A stretch of 63,788 nt of DNA, filler included, from Candidatus Rokuibacteriota bacterium (GTDB lineage: Bacteria; JAUVQV01; DATDCY01): NCBI GenBank assembly GCA_031406795.1. It is 5 parts of 5 records of this genome, joined end to end, with 100 filler letters (N's around TTAATTAATTAA, not from the genome) between each part and the next. Parts side by side here need not be neighbours in the genome. Positions count along the whole stretch, not along the records: positions 5,122 to 15,389 come from JANOHV010000118.1; positions 15,490 to 25,263 come from JANOHV010000045.1; 3 more parts are not named here. One strand, given 5' to 3'. Below, piece after piece: positions 9,735 through 18,616 of the stretch; the first letter of the stretch is position 1, and each line of letters begins with the position of its first letter. The translations under genes were made by a program, and so were the position numbers. The notes beneath the pieces were generated by a model. That model was not told the DNA's origin, ran no database searches, and saw only the letters and a list, made by a program, of their open reading frames with translations.

Positions 9735-9821
9735 GGTTGCGCTCTCCGGCGAGGTCCCTCACGGGATGCACTCTAGCGGCAAACGACAGGTGAGTCAAAA
9801 ATGGCGGGCGTCAGGTCGGGT

Positions 9822-10499
9822 TCATCTGCCGATGACGCAATACTGCGCTCCCAGCGGGACGCGCGAGAGCCAGGGCTCGGAGAAGCGCAGGAAAGCCAGC
9901 GGCCGGGGGAGGAAGAAGAGAAAGCGGGTCGGCAGCAGCGTGCGGAACCCTGCCGCCCGCAGCAGGCGGCGCGTGCGTGCGGCGGTCACCATCCGGGCGT
10001 CGCGGTCGAACGGGATGCGCTTCATCACGAGCCGGGCCCCGGGATTCAACGGGTTGTTGTCGAACACGGCTAGATAGCCGGCGCCGGCGAGTCGGTCGCG
10101 GATGCCGCTGATGACGGCGAGTTGATCGGCCGGCGGGACATGGTGCAGCACGCCGTTGAGATAGCACAGATCGAAGGGCGCCACGCCGGCGAGCCCGGAA
10201 ACGGGAACGAAAGAGATCGGCCCGGTCTGGTGAGCCGCTGCCCAGGCGAGCGCGTCGGCCGAGGTGTCCGCTCCGACCACCTGCGCACCGGGAAAGGCCG
10301 CTGCCAGCTGGCGGCAGGTATCGCCGGTGCCGCATCCGAAATCCAGGATGCGCCGCGGCCGGAAACCGCCGGGCAGGCGGCGGACGACTTCCGCGACCCG
10401 GCCCTCGGCGAAATAATCCCGGTTCTCCCCGGAGAGACTGATGCCCTGATTGAGCATCTGCTCGTAGTGCTGCGGGCTGTCAAAGGATTCTTCTGACAC
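9822..10499 (-). CDS. Class I SAM-dependent methyltransferase
   Basis: ILDFGCGTG, FDLCYLNGVLHHV. Confidence 0.9.
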   Translation of the reverse strand: MSEESFDSPQHYEQMLNQGISLSGENRDYFAEGRVAEVVRRLPGGFRPRRILDFGCGTGDTCRQLAAAFPGAQVVGADTSADALAWAAAHQTGPISFVPVSGLAGVAPFDLCYLNGVLHHVPPADQLAVISGIRDRLAGAGYLAVFDNNPLNPGARLVMKRIPFDRDARMVTAARTRRLLRAAGFRTLLPTRFLFFLPRPLAFLRFSEPWLSRVPLGAQYCVIGR

Positions 10500-10523
10500 G
10501 GCTGCTCCAGAGCGACCGGATCA

Positions 10524-11714
10524 TCAGGACTGTCCCCGCAGGTACTCCAGCTTCTCGCCCATCAGGTCGATCACGAAGCCGGTGACCTTCGTGACCCCGA
10601 GAACGATGGCGAGGGACAGGAAGAACGACATCGCGATGAAGCGTGACCAGTGTTCGTAGGTTGCGCCGGTCGTCACCAGTTCCAGGAGGCTCGGCAGGAC
10701 CAGGATGCCCCCGCCGACCGCAAGCGCGGCCGGCGCCGCCCAGAACAGCGACGACGCGAAGAAGCCGTCGAGCAGGCGGTACAGCGACTGCCGGGGCGGC
10801 GGCACCGACAGCGAGAACTTGACGAGGCGGGTGCAGAGATACCCGGCGCACAAGAAGAGACAGCCGCTGATGCCCAGCAGATGGCTGACGATGAAGCGGT
10901 AGATCATCCACTCCAGTACCTCGTCATGCCGCAGGTAGTAGACCAGCGGGCTGACCATGACCGTCCCGGCGACCGCCAGGCAGCCGAGCCCGAGCAGGCC
11001 GAACGGGCGGGACGGGCGGTACAGGAACGCCGTGTTCAGGATGACCCGAAGAAAGCGCAGGCCGTCCTTGGCGACGTGGAGCTTGGATTCGCCTTCGCGC
11101 TCGTGGTAGGGCATGTCCATCTCGATGATCCGGATGTCCTCGCTCAGCATCGCCCGGGCACTCATGGCCGGCGTGAAGTGCAGTCCGTTGGGGAGCGGCA
11201 TCAGCCGGGGCAGGCACGAACGCCGGACCACCCGCATGCCGCTGGCGGTATCCCGGACCCGTCGCGAGGAGAACACCGTCAGCAGCGTCGCGAAGAGGAA
11301 ATTTCCGAGTTGCCGGATGGCCGGCATCTTGCTGCCGGCGTGCAGGCGGCAGCCCAGCACGACATCCGCCTTCTCCCGCTCGAGGGCGAGGCAGAGATCG
11401 GCGAAGAAATTCGGGTCGCAGGTCCCGTCCGCGTCGAGAAAGGACAGCAGATCGGCGTCCGACTGCCGCCAAGCCTCCTTGATGGCGGCGCCGTAGCCGC
11501 GGTTTTCTGCGAAGACGATCAGGCTGATCCGAGGCTCGTACCGCCGCGCCAGCTCGACGGTCCGGTCGGTGGACCCGTCGCTGACCACGGTGATCGCCAC
11601 CTCGGTGACCGGGGATCGGGCGACGATCGCCTCACGCGCCGCCAGCGTGCGTTCGATGATGCTTTCGATGCTCGCCTCTTCGTTGAGCGCGGGAATCGCA
11701 ATCAGGAGCTTCAT
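10524..11714 (-). CDS. GT2 glycosyltransferase (DPM1-like) with C-terminal TM helices
   Basis: IAIPALNEE, VSDGSTDRT, NRGYGAA, FLDADGT, DTASGMR; true start ATG 11714. Confidence 0.92.
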   Translation of the reverse strand: MKLLIAIPALNEEASIESIIERTLAAREAIVARSPVTEVAITVVSDGSTDRTVELARRYEPRISLIVFAENRGYGAAIKEAWRQSDADLLSFLDADGTCDPNFFADLCLALEREKADVVLGCRLHAGSKMPAIRQLGNFLFATLLTVFSSRRVRDTASGMRVVRRSCLPRLMPLPNGLHFTPAMSARAMLSEDIRIIEMDMPYHEREGESKLHVAKDGLRFLRVILNTAFLYRPSRPFGLLGLGCLAVAGTVMVSPLVYYLRHDEVLEWMIYRFIVSHLLGISGCLFLCAGYLCTRLVKFSLSVPPPRQSLYRLLDGFFASSLFWAAPAALAVGGGILVLPSLLELVTTGATYEHWSRFIAMSFFLSLAIVLGVTKVTGFVIDLMGEKLEYLRGQS

Positions 11715-11724
11715 CGGCTCTCTT

Positions 11725-12042
11725 TCATAGTGTGTTCGACCATTCTGCACATACTTGATCAGGATATTTGAATGTGATGACGAGACGACCCACCAGTTTT
11801 GGTCGGATGTAGTCACTTGCCCAGATTTCGAATGTTTTCCCGTCTGAGTCAATGCTCCACAGGTCGTGTCCCATAGAACGCAGCATTTCGATTGATTGCT
11901 TGGTTCGACGAAAGAACTGTTGTGATGACGCACTATGACCAATGAAAGTCTTGAGTTCCTGCTCCATAAGGTCCAACCGCGGTCGACGATCCACGTCGGT
12001 AAGTGATTCAAACGCTAAATTTGAGAATAGTTTCTTTTCCAT
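11725..12042 (-). CDS. Hypothetical protein, low GC, probable integron cassette gene
   Basis: AT-rich 105-aa ORF starting 5 nt after an attC right half and ending over a GTCGAAC R''-like box. Confidence 0.65.
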   Translation of the reverse strand: MEKKLFSNLAFESLTDVDRRPRLDLMEQELKTFIGHSASSQQFFRRTKQSIEMLRSMGHDLWSIDSDGKTFEIWASDYIRPKLVGRLVITFKYPDQVCAEWSNTL

Positions 12043-12047
12043 TTGGT

Positions 12048-12100
12048 GGCTGAGGTAGCGTTTAGCTGCCGGCGCGCTTGCGGGTGCCTCGGAACTTGCC
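12048..12100 (-). repeat. attC right half (L'-R' end), degenerate
   Basis: Minus strand GGCAAGTTCCGAGGCACCCGCAAGCGCGCCGGCAGCTAAACGCTAC matches 17813-17858 at 43/46 nt and resembles the 3' end of the full attC at 16915-17036. Confidence 0.7.
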
Positions 12101-12586
12101 TCAACTGCGGCGCGCCGCCTCGATTGCAGCGATGTCGATCTTTTTCATCCGCATCATCGCGTCGAACGCGCGCTTGGCGGCGGCGGGATCGGGATCGAAG
12201 ATCGCCTCCGTCAGGGCGATCGGCGTAATCTGCCAGGATAATCCCCACTTGTCCTTGCACCAGCCGCACTCGCTCTCTTTGCCGCCGTTGCCGACGATCG
12301 CGTTCCAGTAGCGATCCGTTTCGGCTTGGTCGGCGGTTGCGACCTGAAACGAGAACGCTTCGTTGTGCTTGAACTCAGGTCCGCCGTTGAGCCCGAGGCA
12401 CGGAATGCCCATCACGGTAAACTCGACGGTCAACACGTCCCCTTTCTTCCCCGACGGATAATCGCCCGGTGCGCGGAGCACCGCGCCGACGGAAGTATCG
12501 GGAAAGATCTTGGCGTAAAACCGCGCCGCGTCCTCGGCGTCGCCATCGTACCAGAGGCAAATCGTGTTCTTTGCTGGCTTCACCAT
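12101..12586 (-). CDS. VOC/PhnB-like (3-demethylubiquinone-9 3-methyltransferase family) protein
   Basis: NTICLWYDGDAEDAARFY, LNGGPEF, CGWCKDKWGLSWQITP. Confidence 0.92.
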   Translation of the reverse strand: MVKPAKNTICLWYDGDAEDAARFYAKIFPDTSVGAVLRAPGDYPSGKKGDVLTVEFTVMGIPCLGLNGGPEFKHNEAFSFQVATADQAETDRYWNAIVGNGGKESECGWCKDKWGLSWQITPIALTEAIFDPDPAAAKRAFDAMMRMKKIDIAAIEAARRS

Positions 12587-12669
12587 GTCACCTCTCCAAT
12601 GTGATGAGCCGCCCGAAACCGGAGCAGACGATGCACTCGCAGTCAACGGGCCTTGGCTCGGCCGACATT

Positions 12670-12894
12670 CTATGCATGTTTCTGCAGACGCTCAGAGATC
12701 CAGACCTTGATGATTGATTGGCGAGTCACACCGAGTCTTCTTGCTTCCTTATCCAGTGATTCGATCATCCAGACAGGAAAATCAACATTCACCCTACGCT
12801 GTTGACTCCCCGGTCGGGCAGCCTTCGACAAATCAAGCTGCCTCAGGACGCTTTCGCCGTTGTCGAATTTCTCGTCGAATGTTCTAGCTTTCAT
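12670..12894 (-). CDS. brnA: BrnA/CopG-type antitoxin
   Basis: MKARTFDEKFDNGE...RRVNVDFPVWMIESLDKEARRLGVTRQSIIKVW; overlaps brnT. Confidence 0.85.
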   Translation of the reverse strand: MKARTFDEKFDNGESVLRQLDLSKAARPGSQQRRVNVDFPVWMIESLDKEARRLGVTRQSIIKVWISERLQKHA

Positions 12895-13144
12895 AAATGT
12901 GGATCTCCTCACGTCTTGAGCGACGGACCGAGATGATCCGTGTTTTCCCGTTTCTGTAGGTGATAACGGCGGACCAATGTTTAGCGCCGACCTGGCCAAT
13001 GACGACAAATCGTTCTTCATCGTCGGTTTTCGCGGGGATTTCAACCCGTTCGCTGTCTTCCCAGAGAAGTTGCCCTTCAATGAAGTCTATGCCGTGCTTT
13101 TCCATGTTCGATTCTGATTTCGCTTCATCATACTCGAATTCCAT
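12884..13144 (-). CDS. brnT: BrnT ribonuclease toxin
   Basis: MEFEYDEAKSESNMEKHGIDF...RIISVRRSR. Confidence 0.92.
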   Translation of the reverse strand: MEFEYDEAKSESNMEKHGIDFIEGQLLWEDSERVEIPAKTDDEERFVVIGQVGAKHWSAVITYRNGKTRIISVRRSRREEIHIYES

Positions 13145-13146
13145 AT

Positions 13147-13182
13147 AGGTATAATAAATATACCTTTCTGATGATCTGTCAA
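13147..13182 (-). promoter_or_regulatory. Sigma70-type promoter with overlapping palindromic operator for brnTA
   Basis: Minus-strand TTGACA (13182-13177) followed by an AT-rich -10 region; inverted repeat AGGTATA-N5-TATACCT at 13147-13165. Confidence 0.7.
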
Positions 13183-13299
13183 GCCCGAATGCTTTTCTTC
13201 ACTTAAGGTCGAACAGTGTATTGAGAGGCCCACCCATAGTCGAATCGTTAATGGAAACGACTGTTGTTTGTTGAGAGGGGACACCCGAAGCCATCTGCG

Positions 13300-14295
13300 T
13301 CAACGCAACAACCATCCGTGTTCCCGGTACCAGGCGATCGTGCGCGGCAGGCCCTCGTCGAGGGGCACCCGGGGAACGAAGCCGAGGAGCCGCCTGGCTT
13401 TCGCGGTGTCGTAGGCGCGATGCTTGAGGAAGAAGTCCACCTTGGCGCGGGTCAGCGGCGCCTCCCGCCCGACGGCCTTGAAGGCGCCCTCCAGCAACCC
13501 GGCGAGCGTGCGCAGCGGCTCGCGCGGAACGTGCAGCCGGGTCAGCGGCACGCCGATTGTCCGTGCGATCCGGCCGCAGAGGTCCTCGATGGTGACGATT
13601 TCGTCCCCGGCGATCGTGATGACTTCCCCGGGCGCGAGCTCGGCGGTGCGGCAGCGCGCGAGCCCCTCCGTGAGATCGTCGATGAAGACCGGATGCGTGC
13701 GGGTCGCGCCGTCCCCGACGAAGAAGAAGCGTTGTTTCGCGATGGCGCGCATCAGCTTGAAGGTCCGCCGGTCCCCCGGCCCGTAGGCCCAGCCCGGCCG
13801 CGCGATGACCACCGGCAACCCGGCGGCAGCCTGTTCGCGGGCGATCACCTCGCCGCGCGCCTTCGAGCGTTCGTAGTCGTCCTCGGGATGCAGCGGGGCA
13901 TCCTCCGCGGCTGGCGGCCCCTGGATGCCGCCGAGCACGCCGACGCTGCTGCAGTGGACGACTCGTCGCGTTCCGGCAGTGCGGGCCGCGTCGAGCACGT
14001 TTCTGGTCCCCTCGGCGTTGACGGCGATGAAGCCCTGCGGCCCGAGAGGGGTGGCGCCAAGGGCGCTTGCGAGGTGAAAGACCGTGTCCGCGCTGGCGAG
14101 CGCGGCGGGCAGGGACGCCGGGACGGTGACGTCCCCGGGTGCCGTCTCCACGGCTCCCTCGAGACCTTCCGGGGCGGCAGCCTCCCGGCAGAGCACCCGG
14201 ACGCGGCAACCCTCGGCGAGCAGGCGACGGCAGAGGTGGCGGCCGATGAAGCCCGTGCCCCCGGTGACCAGCACCAGGGGCGCAGCACCCGCCAT
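13300..14295 (-). CDS. NAD-dependent epimerase/dehydratase (extended SDR)
   Basis: VLVTGGTGFIG, YERSK catalytic motif, RPGWAYGPGD. Confidence 0.92.
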   Translation of the reverse strand: MAGAAPLVLVTGGTGFIGRHLCRRLLAEGCRVRVLCREAAAPEGLEGAVETAPGDVTVPASLPAALASADTVFHLASALGATPLGPQGFIAVNAEGTRNVLDAARTAGTRRVVHCSSVGVLGGIQGPPAAEDAPLHPEDDYERSKARGEVIAREQAAAGLPVVIARPGWAYGPGDRRTFKLMRAIAKQRFFFVGDGATRTHPVFIDDLTEGLARCRTAELAPGEVITIAGDEIVTIEDLCGRIARTIGVPLTRLHVPREPLRTLAGLLEGAFKAVGREAPLTRAKVDFFLKHRAYDTAKARRLLGFVPRVPLDEGLPRTIAWYREHGWLLR

Positions 14296-15389
14296 CAGGC
14301 GTATGCCTCCCGGACCTTCTGGAGGTAAACCCGGTAGGAGTAGCGCTCCTCGGCTACGCGTCGCCCGGCCTCGCCGAGGGCGGCGCGGCGCGCGGGATCG
14401 CGCAGCAGCGCCACGACGGCGTCCGCGATGGCTTCGGCCGTGGCGGGAACGAGCAGCGCCGTCGCGTTGTCGAGGACCTGCCGGTGGGTCTCGAGGTCGG
14501 TCGCCACGATGGCCTTGCCCGACCAGAGGTAGGAGTAGATCTTCAGCGGCGTGTTGGTGCCGCTGCTGCGCGGGGAGACGAGGATGTCGGCGAGGCCGAC
14601 GTAGGCCGGCATTTCCTCGGGCGGGCGCTGGCCGGTGAAGAGGACCTGCCGCGCGATGCCGAGCCGTTCGGCGGTGCCGAGAGCCGCTCCGACCTGTGCC
14701 GGCTCGCCGCCGACGATCACCACCCGGGCGTCGGGACACGAGGCGAGGATGCGCGGCACCCCGTCGAGGAGCAGGCCGATCCCCTGGTTCTTCTCGAAGG
14801 TCCCCGTGTAGAGGACCACCGGCCCGGCAATGTCGAGCCGCGCGCGAAGCGCCGCCACCTCCGCCTCGCCGGCCAGGTTCTCCCCCGCGACCGGCTGGTT
14901 CTCGATGAGCAGCACGCGCGCCCGCGGGTCGGCGGCCTTCGCCTGGTCGACGAGGTGCGGGCAGATCGCGATCACCGCGTCGCTGTGGCGCATGACCCAG
15001 CGCTCGAAGGCGCGCGCGAACCCGATCAGTAGTCCCGAAGTCGTGAAGCGATAGTTCTCGAGCTGCTCCGGCAGGCTCGAGTGCATGTCGTAAACGTGCT
15101 TCTTCCCGAAGAGAACGCGCAGCAGCGCCCCGATGCCCCCCGCCTCCTCGTGCGTGTGCACTGCGTCATAGCGGCCCGCGAGATAGCGCCAGAGGCTCAC
15201 CCAGCAGATCAGGAAGTCGAGCGGGAACTTCACCGCCGAGGGCCCGATCGGGATGTGGCGCAGGCCCGGCCAGCGCCAGAGCCGGAAGATGCGCAGGCCG
15301 GGGATGTCGACGTCTTCGCCGAGGGGGTAGGTCACGAGGTCCACCTGGTGGCCGAGATCCGCGAGCGCCTTGATCCGCATGCGGACCGA
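14295..15389 (-). CDS. GT4 (GT-B) glycosyltransferase, N-terminus cut by gap
   Basis: VLYTGTFEKNQG, ADILVSPR, TPLKIYSYL..GKAIVATD. Confidence 0.9.
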   Translation of the reverse strand, partial: SVRMRIKALADLGHQVDLVTYPLGEDVDIPGLRIFRLWRWPGLRHIPIGPSAVKFPLDFLICWVSLWRYLAGRYDAVHTHEEAGGIGALLRVLFGKKHVYDMHSSLPEQLENYRFTTSGLLIGFARAFERWVMRHSDAVIAICPHLVDQAKAADPRARVLLIENQPVAGENLAGEAEVAALRARLDIAGPVVLYTGTFEKNQGIGLLLDGVPRILASCPDARVVIVGGEPAQVGAALGTAERLGIARQVLFTGQRPPEEMPAYVGLADILVSPRSSGTNTPLKIYSYLWSGKAIVATDLETHRQVLDNATALLVPATAEAIADAVVALLRDPARRAALGEAGRRVAEERYSYRVYLQKVREAYA

Positions 15390-15489
15390 NNNNNNNNNNN
15401 NNNNNNNNNNNNNNNNNNNNNNNNNNNNNNNNNTTAATTAATTAANNNNNNNNNNNNNNNNNNNNNNNNNNNNNNNNNNNNNNNNNNNN
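15390..15489. other. Artificial contig linker
   Basis: N-run + TTAATTAATTAA + N-run. Confidence 0.98.
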
Positions 15490-16241
15490 TCCAGCGCGTG
15501 TATGCGACCGCGCACGACATCAGCCCCGAGGTCCACATCCGGATGCAGGCCGCGTTCCAGAAGCACACCGACAACGCGGTGAGCAAGACGGTAAACTTTT
15601 CGCGCGAGGCCACCGAGGCCGAAGTCGACAAGGTCTTCCGGCTCGCCTACGAGCTGGACTGCAAGGGCGTGACTATCTACCGCGACGGTTCGCGCGAGTA
15701 CCAGGTGCTCTCGACGGGAAAAAAGCACGAGGCCCCAGCGGCCGGCTCCGAGACCGCAGCCGCGGCGGCGCTCGAGGCGCCGCGCGCGCCGGTCATCCGC
15801 CAGCGACCAAAAGCTCTGCGCGGCTCAACCTACCAGATGGACACCGGCTGCGGCCCGCTCTACGTGACCATCAACGAGGACGACGACGGCATCTTCGAGC
15901 TCTTCACGACGATGGGCAAGGCCGGCGGCTGCGCCTCCAGCCAGTGCGAAGCCCTCGGCCGCATGGTCTCGCTCGCCTGGCGCAGCGGCGTGGAAGCCGC
16001 CCCGGTCATCAAGCAACTCGTCGGCATCAGCTGCCACCAGCCCGCCGGCTTCGGCGTCGAGAAGGTCCTCTCCTGCTCCGACGCGGTCGCCAAGGCCATC
16101 GAGCGCCACTGCGGCGAGAGCGGCGGCGGCCTGAAAAAGCGCGCCATGGACCGCGGCGCCTGCCCGGACTGCGGCAGCACGGTGGAGCACCTGGAAGGCT
16201 GCGTGGTCTGCCGCGCCTGCGGCTATTCGGAGTGCGCGTAG
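15490..16241 (+). CDS. nrdJ: Class II (B12-dependent) ribonucleotide reductase, C-terminal part with TSCPD domain
   Basis: HIRMQAAFQKHTDNAVSKTVN, CKGVTIYRDGSR, TGCGPLYVTIN, LSCSDA, CPDCG...EGCVVCRACGYSEC. Confidence 0.93.
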
Positions 16242-16326
16242 GGCGTCTGGATGTGCAGGCGCATGTTCGCGCAACAATAGTCTTAAAGCAGGCCAGGGCC
16301 GAAATCGTTCCGAGGACAGCCGACGC

Positions 16327-16390
16327 TTCCGACAAACGGTTGAATGAGCCGGCATTGCGTACGCTCGCTGCCGCATATTAGACGTTCGGT
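16327..16390 (+). repeat. Degenerate attC site ending in R' box GTTCGGT
   Basis: GTTCGGT (16384-16390) is the exact reverse complement of ACCGAAC that opens the next attC, as expected for an integrated cassette. Confidence 0.55.
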
Positions 16391-16419
16391 GATAAAGGAA
16401 AAACCGAAAAGGAGTCGAG

Positions 16420-16668
16420 ATGCCAATCATCGCTCGGTTCTACGGAATCCTCATCAAGATGTACTTCAAAGAGCATGGCGTCCCGCACTTCCATGCGATC
16501 TACGGGGAATTCAACGGTGTCTTCAACGTCACGACGCTCGAGATGATCGAGGGAGACATGCCGGCGCGGGCGGCGAAGATGGTCAAGGATTGGGCCAAGA
16601 AGTACAATAGGGACCTGATGGAAATGTGGAAGACACAGAAATATCGGCAACTGCCGGGGTTGGAGTAA
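16420..16668 (+). CDS. DUF4160 family protein (TA-like pair)
   Basis: MPIIARFYGILIKMYFKEHGVPHFHAIYGE...LPGLE. Confidence 0.9.
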   Translation: MPIIARFYGILIKMYFKEHGVPHFHAIYGEFNGVFNVTTLEMIEGDMPARAAKMVKDWAKKYNRDLMEMWKTQKYRQLPGLE

Positions 16669-16674
16669 TCGTCG

Positions 16675-17022
16675 ATGAAGGCCTATCCAAAGATCGAAAG
16701 CGTCAAGGCTCTCCGATCAAAGACGCTCAAGGTTGTCTTCAAGAGCGGAGATATCCGGTATTACGATTGCCGTCCTCTTCTCAATGAGGAACCATTCACA
16801 GCATTGCAGAACGAGGCTTTATTCCGCGCTGCGAAAGCAGAGGAGCACGGTTATGCGGTTGTCTGGAACGACGAAATAGATTTGTCAGAATCTGAAATAT
16901 GGATTCACGGGCGCACCGAACCCGGCGTTGTAGCTGACCTGTCAAGCTTGCAATCGCCCTATCGTAAAAAGGCCAATTCGATGGTGAGGGCAAAGGCGGG
17001 CGCAAGAGCGCCAGGCAGCTAA
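16675..17022 (+). CDS. DUF2442 family protein; C-terminal ~35 aa read through the attC
   Basis: LKVVFKSGDIRYYD, F..L.NEALF, GYAVVWNDEIDLSESEIW. Confidence 0.85.
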   Translation: MKAYPKIESVKALRSKTLKVVFKSGDIRYYDCRPLLNEEPFTALQNEALFRAAKAEEHGYAVVWNDEIDLSESEIWIHGRTEPGVVADLSSLQSPYRKKANSMVRAKAGARAPGS

Positions 17023-17036
17023 TCGCTACGTTGGAC
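16915..17036 (+). repeat. Complete attC site (122 bp)
   Basis: R'' ACCGAAC, L'' GTTGTAGC-TG-A-CCTG pairing with CAGG-CA-GCTAATC (two unpaired bases), inner stems CTTGC/GCAAG and GCCCT/AGGGC, R' GTTGGAC (GTTRRRY). Confidence 0.8.
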
Positions 17037-17041
17037 AACAA

Positions 17042-17295
17042 ATGAAGCCGAGCAAGAAAAGGCGTATTATCAGCCAGGGGCCAAGGCCATCTGCTGTTCG
17101 AGGGGATGGAAAGATAATCCACCCCGGAGATGGCGTCGTCCCAATCCTCAAGGAAGTTGGACCCCAAAAGCTCATGGTAATTGGAACCGGATTCTATATA
17201 ACGCGATATGGTCTGTTTATGACAGCGCGACATGTGCTGGAGGAATTGGTTAGTGCAGACGGCTCAACCCTGGTGAAGAGCTTTGTCTGCCAGCT
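17042..17295 (+). pseudogene. Trypsin-like serine protease cassette gene, 3'-truncated by fusion to intron sequence
   Basis: VIGTGFYITRYGLFMTARHV (catalytic His motif); no Asp/Ser motifs follow; junction position approximate. Confidence 0.7.
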
Positions 17296-17777
17296 GTTTC
17301 TCTGCTCACCAGAGCCGGAAGACGAGGGGTACCGGCGGAACAAGAGCCCTGGCGTCGGCGGGGTGTTTCCCCTTCGCCTGACGAGCCGAAGACGGAACAC
17401 AAAACGCGGGAAACGAGCGGAGTATCGGGGCACGAGCGACGAGCGAAGTACCCTGAGATGGGCACTGGCAGTCTTAGCGGAGCATAGTACCGAGGGTTGA
17501 GGGGACAGCCCCTTCGACCGAGAAGGTGGGGAACCGAGGCCCAAGGGACCCACTGGAGGGAAGGCGAAGTCGGGCATAACGTTCTGCTGGGAGGAACTAC
17601 GGTGGATACATTGAGATCCGAGTCCGTATCAACGAAATTCCAGTGGAGTGCGCGGGGGCTGCATAGTTATGCGTCAAAGTGATGGTGTTGCTTTGATCAC
17701 CGAGGAACCGGATGAACGAATTGTTCACGTCCGGATCTGTGGGGGGGCCGGTCGGGTGACCGCCGGCTCTACCCGGA
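17296..17777 (+). mobile_element. Group II intron remnant, 5'-truncated, with the RT ORF internally deleted (lineage E-like)
   Basis: GAGCATAGTACCG and GAAGGTGGGGAAC...GGGACCCACTGGAGGGAAGG (DII/DIII); IEP start relic TLRSESVSTK; DV GAACCGGATGAACGAATTGTTCACGTCCGGATCT; DVI GGGGCCGGTCGGGTGACCGCCGGCTCTACCCGG. Confidence 0.85.
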
Positions 17778-17865
17778 TGCAAGAGGGCTACCGTTCAATG
17801 GGAAGAGGCGAAGGCAGGTTCCAAGGCGCCCGCAAGCGCGCCGGCAGCTAAACGCTACGTCGCCC
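17778..17865 (+). repeat. attC right part directly after the intron 3' end
   Basis: ...CGCAAGCGCGCCGGCAGCTAAACGCTAC-GTCGCCC, homologous to 17001-17036 and 12048-12100. Confidence 0.7.
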
Positions 17866-17883
17866 AAAAAGGAAGTACGAACC

Positions 17884-18237
17884 ATGCCAGGATCCTCGGA
17901 ACTCAACACTCTTCGCACCGTCAAGATCGCTCACACGCTCGTCTGGGCCATTTTTGCCGGGTCCATCTTTGCAATACCAGTCTTCTCCTTCATGCAAGAG
18001 CACCGGATTGCCTTTGGCCTCATTGGTATCGTATCTATTGAAGTTCTCATTCTCGCCTTCAATGGCATGAGCTGTCCGCTCACCAGCATCGCTGCACGCT
18101 ACACGGATGACCGTCGCGCCAACTTCGACATCTACCTTCCCGAATGGCTTGCCCGGCACAACAAGGCAGTCTTCGGCTCTCTGTACGTCGCGGGCATCCT
18201 CATGACCATTGTCCGCTGGAGCAAGGGCAACCCATGA
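17884..18237 (+). CDS. Small membrane protein (cassette gene)
   Basis: KIAHTLVWAIF, CPLT.IAARYT, NFDIYLPEWLA; 3 hydrophobic helices; followed by R''-like GCCGAAC at 18257. Confidence 0.8.
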   Translation: MPGSSELNTLRTVKIAHTLVWAIFAGSIFAIPVFSFMQEHRIAFGLIGIVSIEVLILAFNGMSCPLTSIAARYTDDRRANFDIYLPEWLARHNKAVFGSLYVAGILMTIVRWSKGNP

Positions 18238-18301
18238 CAGAAGCAACAGGAAGATGGCCGAACAATACTCCCATGCAATTGGCTCAAGAATCGAGAATGC
18301 A

Positions 18302-18550
18302 ATGACGATCAAGATTGAACCGAAAACAGAAAAGTATCTTGTCGATTCGATCAAGCGCTTCTTCGCCGAGGAACTGGACGACGACATCGGTGACCTCAAA
18401 GCCGCGCGGGTTCTCGATTTCTGCATCAAGGAGATCGGTCCGAGCATCTACAACCAGGCAATCGCGGACGCCCAGGCATATTTTCAAGAGAAGACGTCCG
18501 ATCTTGGCGGCGAGCGCTATGAACCCGAATTTTACTTCTGGAAGAAATAG
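18302..18550 (+). CDS. DUF2164 family protein
   Basis: SIKRFFAEELDDDIGDLKA..VLDF..KEIGPSIYNQAIADAQ. Confidence 0.88.
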   Translation: MTIKIEPKTEKYLVDSIKRFFAEELDDDIGDLKAARVLDFCIKEIGPSIYNQAIADAQAYFQEKTSDLGGERYEPEFYFWKK

Positions 18551-18576
18551 GGGGTCCCCATGCCCATCAAAAAGTC
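18499..18576 (+). repeat. Direct repeat copy 1: DUF2164 3' end + hsdM start
   Basis: Matches 19926-20002. Confidence 0.9.
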
Positions 18577-18616
18577 ACTACCGTGCGAGCGTCTCCCCGA
18601 TCATGTTGAAGTCGGC

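Noticed and set aside
11715-12011. 99-aa N-terminal extension of the GT2 ORF
   Set aside because: Overlaps a separate AT-rich cassette gene; GT2 homology starts at ATG 11714.
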